Shown one piece after another: positions 1-6,288 of a stretch of DNA of 6,288 nt. The stretch comes from a virus (Duplodnaviria > Heunggongvirae > Uroviricota > Caudoviricetes). Within the stretch, counting starts at the first letter, position 1; the number at the start of each line of letters is the position of its first letter. The notes under the pieces are model-generated. The model made no database searches. It saw only the letters and a program-made list of their open reading frames with translations, and had not been told where the DNA came from. A program made the position numbers and the translations under genes. The DNA lies in the IMG/VR virus record IMGVR_UViG_2695420699_000002, positions 1 through 6,288 of that record; one strand, 5' to 3'.

Positions 1-2
1 CA

Positions 3-698
3 GCCTTCATCAGTGGTAAGGCACCGGAAATCAAACCCTCGCCCGGCGGCAACACGCCATCGGGGCCGTCTGAAGATGCATCCATACGCACAATCTCCCT
101 GATGCCGACAGCCGGAGATGCTGCTGCGCAGGGCTGGACCATTAAGGACGGCGGAATTCAGTTGTCAGATGGTGTATTTAAGATCACCAAGCAGAGCAAT
201 AAAACCTGGTCCCTGACGCATCCGGTGGATGACGCAATTACCCTGCTGACACAGGGCGGCAGACTGACCTGTAAGTTCCGCCTGTCAGGCGCACTGACCA
301 ACAATCAGTTCGGTCTGGGAATTTATCTGTATACCGATGTAGCGTTACCTGACGTCGTGGCGATGACCGGGACTGGTAACCCGTTCCTGATGTCGTTCTT
401 CACCCAGACCACAGACGGCAAACTGAATCTGATGCATCACAAGAAAGCAGGAAACACAAAGTTGGGCGAGTTCGGGAATTACAGTAACGACTGGCAGACG
501 CTGGAGCTGGTGTTCACCGCCAGCAGTGCCACGGTTACTCCGAAACTGAATGGAGTGGCTGGCCCGGCATTCCAGGTCATAAAAGACAGTCTGACACTGG
601 GGCTGAATGCACTGACGCTGACGGATATTACCAAAAATGCAACGTATGGCGTTGAGATAGAAAGTCTGGTGCTGGAAATAAATAGTCCTGCAGCGTAA
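3..698 (+). CDS. Hypothetical protein, 5'-partial (C-terminal beta-rich domain after a Pro/Ser/Gly-rich linker); possible accessory/moron gene upstream of R
   Basis: Frame 3 is open from position 3 to TAA at 696-698 with no stop, so the gene probably starts upstream of the window. The ATG at 102 has no Shine-Dalgarno upstream and is probably internal. Residues before it (KAPEIKPSPGGNTPSGPSED) look like an interdomain linker. The downstream sequence is rich in T/S/G/N/L with alternating hydrophobic patterns, typical of a beta-sandwich, but I recognise no family. Hand-counted GC is roughly 45-52 percent versus about 58 percent for R-I. Confidence 0.55.
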   Translation, partial: AFISGKAPEIKPSPGGNTPSGPSEDASIRTISLMPTAGDAAAQGWTIKDGGIQLSDGVFKITKQSNKTWSLTHPVDDAITLLTQGGRLTCKFRLSGALTNNQFGLGIYLYTDVALPDVVAMTGTGNPFLMSFFTQTTDGKLNLMHHKKAGNTKLGEFGNYSNDWQTLELVFTASSATVTPKLNGVAGPAFQVIKDSLTLGLNALTLTDITKNATYGVEIESLVLEINSPAA

Positions 699-721
699 GG
701 AAGAACAGGAGAGCAAAACAG

Positions 722-1189
722 ATGCTTAAGACAAACAGCCTCCGGAAGGGCATGATTCATGGGTGTCGCTGGTGTCAGGCCAACCCGGAAAAATTCACCA
801 TTTTCGTGGAGAGCGGCAACATTGAAACGACCGGAGAAACGCCCTCGTTTGTTTACCGCTATCAGATGGTGATGTTTGTCATGGATTACGCCGGGGAGCT
901 GGACGACCTCACGCTGCCGCTACTGGCGTGGTTATCCGAAAATCAGCCGCAATTGTTGCTTAATCCGGAGCGTAATCAGGACATCAAATTCTCCGCCGTT
1001 ATCAATGACGATGACAGCGCCGATCTCCTGTTTACGCTCCCTCTGCGGGAACGCGTTCGCATCACGCGCAGCAGTCAGGGGGCACCGCAGGCAGAACACC
1101 TGCAGGAGCCAAAACCCCGTCTGCCATCTTCCGAAGGCGACTGGTCGCATGTATTCCAGGATGTGACGTGGGGTGAAAGCGATGGATAA
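722..1189 (+). CDS. R: Phage tail completion protein R (P2 gpR-like)
   Basis: 155 aa ORF, the same size as P2 gpR, with a similar N-terminus (MLK..SLR) and sitting immediately upstream of S-V-W-J-I-H. AGGAG at 707-711 precedes ATG 722. Stop TAA 1187-1189 overlaps the S start (ATGGATAA). Confidence 0.75.
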   Translation: MLKTNSLRKGMIHGCRWCQANPEKFTIFVESGNIETTGETPSFVYRYQMVMFVMDYAGELDDLTLPLLAWLSENQPQLLLNPERNQDIKFSAVINDDDSADLLFTLPLRERVRITRSSQGAPQAEHLQEPKPRLPSSEGDWSHVFQDVTWGESDG

Positions 1190-1817
1190 GGCATTCACCC
1201 GCGTGGATGAAACCTTTGAGGCTATCCGCGACAGCCTGAATCAGCAGGCCATCAATAACATCGCCAGAAAGCTGGCACAGGATTTACGCCGCGCCCAGCA
1301 GGCGCGTATCCGGTCACAGAAAGCGCCGGACGGGACCGCGTGGACACCACGCAGACGCCGCGTAACCCGGATACAGGAGCGCATTCGCTTTATCTGGAAT
1401 AACGAAGCACGCACGCTGAAAAACTGGCATCACGACACGGGGAAATACGGGCGAACCATTACCGGGTGGGATGAGGATAAAAACAATATCCGCACGTTTT
1501 ACCGGGATGACATCGACCGCTTTCTGGAAATACGCACCCGGCGCATCAACCAGGACAGCACAAAGCGCGTCCCCATGTTCGTAAAACTGCGCACCGCCCG
1601 CTACCTGAAAGCCCGTGCAGATGCTTCCGGTGTGACGGTGGGTTACAGCGGCGTGGCCGCACGTATTGCCCGCGTTCATCAGTTCGGTGAGCGCGATCAG
1701 GTTGCGCCGGGCATTTTCACCGATTACCCGGTACGTGAGCTGTTGGGCATCAGTCAGGCAGATGAACGCCTGATTTATAACACGGTGCTGGGCCGGATTG
1801 CGGAGGCTGTACGGTGA
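1182..1817 (+). CDS. S: Phage virion morphogenesis / tail completion protein S (P2 gpS-like)
   Basis: Contains motifs remembered from the gpS family (QKAPDGTAWTPRRR; ARIARVHQFG). ATG 1182 is preceded by GGGGTGA and overlaps the R stop; an alternative GTG start at 1173 is in the same frame. Stop TGA 1815-1817 overlaps the V GTG start. Confidence 0.8.
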   Translation: MDKAFTRVDETFEAIRDSLNQQAINNIARKLAQDLRRAQQARIRSQKAPDGTAWTPRRRRVTRIQERIRFIWNNEARTLKNWHHDTGKYGRTITGWDEDKNNIRTFYRDDIDRFLEIRTRRINQDSTKRVPMFVKLRTARYLKARADASGVTVGYSGVAARIARVHQFGERDQVAPGIFTDYPVRELLGISQADERLIYNTVLGRIAEAVR

Positions 1818-2395
1818 GCGCAGAACTCATGCGACTGCTGAGCAACATCATCCGCACTGGGATCATCTCTGAAGTTGATGAGAAGTCCTGGTGCGTGCGC
1901 GTTCGCAGCGGCGAACTGGAAACAGGCTGGTTGCGCTGGAACACCACGCGCGCGGGAGCCTTCAATGTGTGGCTGCCGCCATCACCCGGCGAACAGGTGG
2001 TAATTGCCTGCATTGGCGGCAACCCGGAAACCGCCATGATAATTGGCAGCCTGTGGAGTGATGCCAATCCGGCCCCCGGCAAAAGCCTGAAAGAAATCGT
2101 GGTCAGCGCGCCGGATGGCGCGGTGTTCCGCTACGACGCGGACGCAGGCGCACTGAGCGCCAGCGGCATGAAAACGGCCACCCTGCAGGCATCCGTCAGT
2201 GTGACACTGGACACGCCCGTCGTGGAATGCACAGACCTTCTGAGAACGGCGACGCTTGACGTCACAAAAGGGGGAAAGATGAGCGGCAATATCACGCACA
2301 GCGGCGGCAATTTCACCTCAAACGGCATCACAGTGCATACGCATAAACACGGTGGCGTGAAAGGTGGCAGCGATTCGACAGGAGGCCCGCAGTGA
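1814..2395 (+). CDS. V: Baseplate assembly protein V / central spike (P2 gpV-like)
   Basis: GTG start with GGAGG at 1802-1806 (7 nt spacing). N-terminal IRTGII motif, GEQV, and C-terminal HTHKHGG (2336-2350) match the conserved iron-binding HxH apex of gpV-type spikes. Stop TGA 2393-2395 overlaps the W start. Confidence 0.9.
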   Translation: MSAELMRLLSNIIRTGIISEVDEKSWCVRVRSGELETGWLRWNTTRAGAFNVWLPPSPGEQVVIACIGGNPETAMIIGSLWSDANPAPGKSLKEIVVSAPDGAVFRYDADAGALSASGMKTATLQASVSVTLDTPVVECTDLLRTATLDVTKGGKMSGNITHSGGNFTSNGITVHTHKHGGVKGGSDSTGGPQ

Positions 2396-2742
2396 CAACC
2401 CGCTACACAGGAATGAACCCGGACGGAACGGGAAACCTGAACGATATGGAGCATCTGAAACAGTCAGTCAGGGACATCCTGACCACCCCGCTGGCAAGCC
2501 GGGTTATGCGACGGGAATATGGCAGCCTTGTGCCCGATTTAATTGACGAACCCATGAATAACACCACTCGTCTGCAATGCATGAGTGCTGCCGTGATTGC
2601 GCTGACACGATGGGAACCCCGCATTGCCCTGGACGCCATCGACGTTGTCTGGAAGGCAGGAGGCCGCGCCGGGGTGACGCTGTCGGGCACTGTCATGCAG
2701 ACCATGCAGAATGTTGAATTAACCATCACGCTGAGGGAGTAA
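2392..2742 (+). CDS. W: Baseplate wedge protein W (GPW/gp25 family)
   Basis: 116 aa (P2 gpW is about 115 aa). N-terminus MTTRYTGMN resembles P2 gpW MTARYLGMN, and the RVMRREYGSL motif is present. GTG start 2392 with GGAGG at 2381-2385. Confidence 0.9.
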   Translation: MTTRYTGMNPDGTGNLNDMEHLKQSVRDILTTPLASRVMRREYGSLVPDLIDEPMNNTTRLQCMSAAVIALTRWEPRIALDAIDVVWKAGGRAGVTLSGTVMQTMQNVELTITLRE

Positions 2743-2745
2743 ATC

Positions 2746-3642
2746 ATGCCTGCCGTTGACCTTTCCCAGTTACCGGAACCCGCCATCATCGCGGAGCCTG
2801 ACTTTGAGGCAATTCTGGCTGACACAAAGGCCATGATGATTGCGTCCTATCCTGTCGAACAGCGTGAAGCCGTCTCCGCCGCGCTGGAGCTGGAATCGGA
2901 ACCCCTGAACGTTATCGCCCAGACAACAGCGTTTCGTGAAATGCTGTTACGCCAGCGGGTCAATGAGGGGGCACGCGCCTGCATGTTAAGCCACAGCGCC
3001 GGGACAGACCTGGACAACCTCGCGGGCAATATGAACACAAAGCGCCTGACCATCACTCCGGCAACGGATACCACCGACGCAGTGATGGAAAGTGACACCT
3101 CGCTGAGACTGCGGGCGCAGCGGGCGTACGATGGCCTGAGTGTTGCTGGCCCGTCAGGTGCATACGAGTATTTTGCCCGCAGCGCCAGCGGTCTGGTGCG
3201 TGATGCGCGGGCTATCAGTCCGTCTCCGGCAAATGTGACGGTTTCCATCCTGTCCACTGAAGGCGACGGCACAGCAACGGAGGCGTTGCTTAATACCGTT
3301 CGCGCCGTTCTGAATGCAGAGGATACCCGCCCGGTGGCCGACCGCCTGACGGTACAGAGCGCCAGAATCGTGACATGGCGGCTGAATGCAAAACTGTACT
3401 TTTACCCCGGCCCGGAATCCGAACCTATTCTGGCGGCGGCTGAATCGTCGTTCAGGAAGTGGCTGGCTGAGCAGGGGCTTATCGGTCAGGACGTGGCGTT
3501 GTCCGCCATTGCTGCCGCACTGCATGTGCACGGTGTGCAACGCGTGGAGATAATCGAACCCACACAGAATATGGCCATCAGCGACATACAGGCGGCGCGC
3601 TGTGAGTCGTTCACCATCAGCGAAGGTGGGCGCAATGAGTAA
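2746..3642 (+). CDS. J: Baseplate protein J (P2 gpJ-like, Baseplate_J family)
   Basis: 298 aa (P2 gpJ is about 302 aa). Starts MPAVDLSQLPEP (P2: MPIIDLNQLPAP) with conserved stretches (ESEPL, RLTITPA, RPVADRLTVQSA, YFYPGPESEPI, GVQRVE). GGGAG at 2735-2739 precedes ATG 2746. Confidence 0.9.
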   Translation: MPAVDLSQLPEPAIIAEPDFEAILADTKAMMIASYPVEQREAVSAALELESEPLNVIAQTTAFREMLLRQRVNEGARACMLSHSAGTDLDNLAGNMNTKRLTITPATDTTDAVMESDTSLRLRAQRAYDGLSVAGPSGAYEYFARSASGLVRDARAISPSPANVTVSILSTEGDGTATEALLNTVRAVLNAEDTRPVADRLTVQSARIVTWRLNAKLYFYPGPESEPILAAAESSFRKWLAEQGLIGQDVALSAIAAALHVHGVQRVEIIEPTQNMAISDIQAARCESFTISEGGRNE

Positions 3643-4165
3643 TTCACTGTTACCACCATCAGCCAGCAGTTTCATGCGTTGTGCCGAAGCTGTCGGAACG
3701 CGCATTACAGACATCCCGGTAGACCTCAACACGCTGTGGTCGCCGGACACCTGCCCGGTGCACCTGCTGCCTTATCTCGCCTGGGCATTTTCCGTTGACC
3801 GCTGGGATCGCAACTGGCCGGAAGAGACAAAACGACAGGTGATTCGTGATGCATGGCTGATACACCGACACAAAGGGACCATCAGCGCACTGCGCAGGGC
3901 CATTGAGCCGCTGGGATACCTCATTCGCGTGTCTGAGTGGTGGGAGTTCGGCGGAGAACCGGGAACATTTACCGTTGAAGTCGGCACACTGGACAGTGGC
4001 GTGACGGAGGAAATGTATCTGGAAATGGAGCGGTTGATTGCTGATGCCCGTCCGGTCAGCCGCCACATGACAGGGCTGAATATCATTCAGGAAATTCCGG
4101 GGGATATTTTTGCAGCGGCGGCAACTCATGACGGTGAAGTTATTACCATTTATCCGGACGATTAA
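3635..4165 (+). CDS. I: Baseplate/tail protein I (P2 gpI-like)
   Basis: ATG 3635 overlaps the J stop (ATGAGTAA) and is preceded by AAGGTGG at 3623-3629. It gives 176 aa, matching P2 gpI length, with conserved motifs ([53 protein letters not shown]). The track ORF start at 3602 is in the same frame but lies inside J and lacks an RBS. Confidence 0.85.
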   Translation: MSNSLLPPSASSFMRCAEAVGTRITDIPVDLNTLWSPDTCPVHLLPYLAWAFSVDRWDRNWPEETKRQVIRDAWLIHRHKGTISALRRAIEPLGYLIRVSEWWEFGGEPGTFTVEVGTLDSGVTEEMYLEMERLIADARPVSRHMTGLNIIQEIPGDIFAAAATHDGEVITIYPDD

Positions 4166-4167
4166 GC

Positions 4168-6210
4168 ATGAGTACCACAACACGAAAATTTAAAACCGTT
4201 ATCACCGATACAGGTGCAAAAAAATTAGCTCAGGCAGCCGCGCCAGATGGTAAGCCTGTCCGCCTGACTCATATGGCCGTGGGCGACGGTGGCGGCGCGT
4301 TGCCCACACCAGACAGTAAGCAGACCCGTCTGGTGCATGAGGTGTGGCGACACACTGTTAATCGCGTCATCCTGGACGCAACACATCAGAACCGCATTAT
4401 TGCGGAGCTGGTTATTCCTCCAGAAACGGGCGGATTCTGGATCCGGGAAATTGGTGTGTTTGATGAGCACGGCGATTTAATCGCGGTGGGCAATACTGCC
4501 GAAAGTTACAAGCCAGCCGTTGCCGAAGGGTCCGGACGTGCACAAACATTTCGCACCATTCTGACCGTATCCAGCACTGCCACTGTGGCGCTTACCGTGG
4601 ATAACACCATGGTGATGGCCACAGTGGATTACGTGGATAACAAACTGAAAGAGCATGAACAGTCACGATGTCACCCGGATGCCTCGCTGACCGCAAAAGG
4701 CTTTGTTCAACTCAGTAGCGCCACTAACAGCGATTCTGAAACGCTGGCTGCAACGCCGAAAGCGGTTAAGGTCGCGTATGATCTTGCTAACGGAAAATAT
4801 ACAGCGCAGGATGCCACAACAGCGCGAAAAGGCCTTGTCCAGCTTAGTAGTGCAACCAACAGTACATCTGAAACGCTGGCGGCAACATCAAATGCAGTAA
4901 AAGCTGCCTATGACAATGCTGAAAAACGTCTGCAGAAAGCTAAGAATGGTGAGGATATCTCTGATAAAGACACCTTTACGAAAAATATCGGTGCCTGCCG
5001 TGCATATAGTGCAGAGCTGAATATTGGTGGAGATAGTGAAGCATGGACAACTGCGCAGTTGATTTTTTGGCTAGAGAGTCAGGGGGCATTTAACCATCCT
5101 TACTGGATGTGCAAAGGCTCATGGGCTTATGCAAATAATAAGGTCATTACAGATACAGGTTGCGGAAGTATTTGTCTTGCAGGTGCTGTTGTGGAAGTTA
5201 TTGGCACCCGCGGCGCAATGACCATACGCATTACCACACCGAGTACATCCAGCGGTGAAGGCATCCCTAATGCTCAATTTACTTATATTAATCATGGTGA
5301 TGCTTATGCTCCTGGCTGGCGAAGGGACTATAACTCCAGGAATAAGCCAACAGCATCAGAGATCGGGGCGTTACCGTCAGATGGGACAGCAGTATCGTCA
5401 GTTAATCTGGCTTCAAAAGGTCGGCTGACCGCCCTGACAGATAATATGCAGGGGGCCACAGGTCTGGAGTTATACGAGGCGTATAACAACGGATATCCAA
5501 CAACGTATGGAAATATCATTCACCTGAAAGGGATGACAGCCGTTGGCGAAGGCGAATTACTCATCGGCTGGAGTGGTATAAGCGGTGCTCATGCTCCGGC
5601 ATTTATTCGTTCACGACGGGATACGACCGACGCAAACTGGTCGCCGTGGGCGCAGCTTTACACCTCGGCTCATCCTCCTGAAGAGTTTTATCCAGTCGGT
5701 GCACCGATTCCGTGGCCATCAGATACCGTTCCGTCTGGTTATGCCCTGATGCAGGGGCAGACTTTTGACAAATCTGCATACCCGAAACTTGCAGTCGCTT
5801 ATCCGTCAGGCGTTATTCCTGATATGCGTGGCTGGACGATTAAGGGCAAGCCCGGCAGTGGTCGTGCCGTATTGTCTCAGGAACAGGACGGCATTAAATC
5901 GCACACCCACAGCGCCAGCGCATCCAGTACGGATTTGGGGACGAAAACCACATCGTCGTTTGATTACGGTACTAAAACGACCAGTTCATTTGATTACGGC
6001 ACAAAAACTACGAATAGCGCTGGAAATCATTCACACAATATACCTGTTGGTCACACTGGCGCGGGGAATGGTGTATCAGCCGGTTATAACGCTGCGTTAG
6101 GTACTGGTACCACGTCGAGCGCAGGCGAGCATGCTCACAATGTATATATCGGTGCCCATAACCACACTATCGGCATTGGTGCTCATGCCCATTCTGTCAT
6201 TATTGGTCCC
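4168..6210 (+). CDS. H: Tail fiber protein H (P2 gpH-like), 3' end interrupted by IS insertion; reading frame runs on into the IS with no stop inside the window
   Basis: ATG 4168 lies 2 nt after the I stop. The N-terminus ([19 protein letters not shown]...MAVGDGGG...HEVWR...[34 protein letters not shown]) matches the conserved baseplate-attachment domain of P2 gpH. Further down are two copies of the tail-fiber repeat motif, a tail-collar-like segment ([10 protein letters not shown]...YPKL...IPDMRGW) and an HxH array. Frame 1 has no stop from 4168 to the window end; native sequence ends at 6210 where the IS terminal repeat begins. Confidence 0.85.
4696..4914 (+). repeat. Two in-frame copies of the phage tail-fiber repeat motif (about 87 bp each, 132 bp period) within H
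   Basis: Copy 1 from 4696 ([29 protein letters not shown]) and copy 2 from 4828 ([29 protein letters not shown]). The nucleotide copies differ at several synonymous positions. Confidence 0.75.
5941..6018 (+). repeat. 30-bp tandem repeat (about 2.6 copies) encoding the decapeptide (G)TKTTSSFDY within H
   Basis: 5941-5970 acgaaaaccacatcgtcgtttgattacggt; 5971-6000 actaaaacgaccagttcatttgattacggc; 6001-6018 partial third copy. Copies differ mainly at synonymous sites (tcgtcg versus agttca for Ser-Ser). Confidence 0.75.
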
Positions 6211-6288
6211 TGGATTTGCCCCTATATTTCCAGACACCTGTTATCACTTAACCCATTACTGGCTTGCTGCCGTAGATATTCCCGTGGC
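6211..6288 (-). mobile_element. Partial IS2-like insertion sequence (IS3 family): terminal inverted repeat and adjacent transposase 3' end, extending beyond the window
   Basis: From 6211 the sequence TGGATTTGCCCCTATATTTCCAGACACCTGTTATCACTTAACCCATTAC... closely matches, from memory, the reverse complement of the IS2 right end (TGGATTTGCCCCTATATTTCCAGACATCTGTTATCACTTAACC...), with a few mismatches. It abruptly replaces tail-fiber coding sequence. Confidence 0.75.
6222..6288 (-). CDS. IS2-like transposase OrfB (InsD-like), C-terminal fragment; 5' part lies outside the window
   Basis: The - strand translation ends ...[21 protein letters not shown] with stop TAG (complement of 6222-6224), closely resembling the remembered IS2 InsD C-terminus ...[22 protein letters not shown]. 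Confidence 0.65.
   Translation of the reverse strand, partial: PREYLRQQASNGLSDNRCLEI

Noticed and set aside
876-1166. Alternative-frame + strand ORFs inside known genes (876-1166 in R; 2364-2546 across the V/W junction; 4289-4480, 4703-4900 and 5765-6100 inside H)
   Set aside because: Out of frame with the homology-supported reading frames; Arg/Cys-rich low-complexity translations typical of off-frame reads of GC-rich genes.
1620-1813. Possible Ogr/Delta-dependent late promoter (TGT-N12-ACA dyad) upstream of V, as in P2 P_V
   Set aside because: Scanning by eye found only near-misses (for example TGT at 1631 with ACA 11 rather than 12 nt downstream) and no exact dyad at a plausible distance. 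It cannot be called without a proper motif search or transcript mapping.
3602-3634. Upstream ATG (3602) as the start of gene I
   Set aside because: It lies inside the J coding sequence with no Shine-Dalgarno. ATG 3635 has an AAGGTGG site 5 nt upstream, overlaps the J stop and gives the expected P2 gpI length of about 176 aa.
3154-3750. 198-aa ORF on the - strand, and similar - strand ORFs at 345-716, 479-760, 932-1198, 1314-1679, 1750-2082, 1982-2299, 2131-2454, 2403-2834, 2847-3272, 3659-4183, 3772-4086, 4225-4470 and 5328-5519
   Set aside because: All lie antisense to strongly supported, syntenic P2-like genes on the + strand, have no recognisable protein features and no RBS-like context. 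Long antisense ORFs are expected by chance in GC-rich coding DNA.
4696-6018. Direct and tandem repeats as a possible CRISPR array or non-coding repeat element
   Set aside because: Both repeat sets are in frame within H and encode conserved peptide motifs. There are no regularly spaced identical repeats with unique spacers, so these are protein-coding tail-fiber repeats.
6211-6288. Calling the mobile element canonical E. coli IS2 exactly
   Set aside because: The terminal sequence and transposase C-terminus differ from my recollection of IS2 at several positions (for example CACCTG versus CATCTG; ...QQASNG versus ...QRACNG), so only an IS2-like / IS3-family assignment is justified without an ISfinder comparison.

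Overview
The window is the late tail/baseplate module of a P2-like (Peduovirus-type) prophage, all on the + strand in canonical order: tail completion R and S, baseplate spike V, baseplate W, J and I, then tail fiber H. Genes are tightly packed with overlapping stop/start codons and no appreciable non-coding DNA. Two things depart from the canonical layout. (1) The 5' end of the window is the C-terminal part of an ORF I cannot assign to any P2 late gene; it sits where lysis accessory genes normally precede R, looks lower in GC than the baseplate core, and is the best candidate for an accessory (moron) gene. (2) Tail fiber gene H is interrupted at 6210/6211 by the terminal inverted repeat of an IS2-like (IS3 family) element, with the transposase C-terminus encoded on the - strand. 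The cut falls just after a histidine-rich HxH array in the distal fiber region, and the distal two-thirds of H is lower in GC than the baseplate genes, which suggests a mosaic fiber. I do not see a recognisable defence or other novel multi-gene system here; the unknown upstream ORF and the disrupted mosaic fiber are the items worth follow-up. All homology statements are from memory of P2 proteins and IS2 ends, not from a search, and GC figures are rough hand counts.
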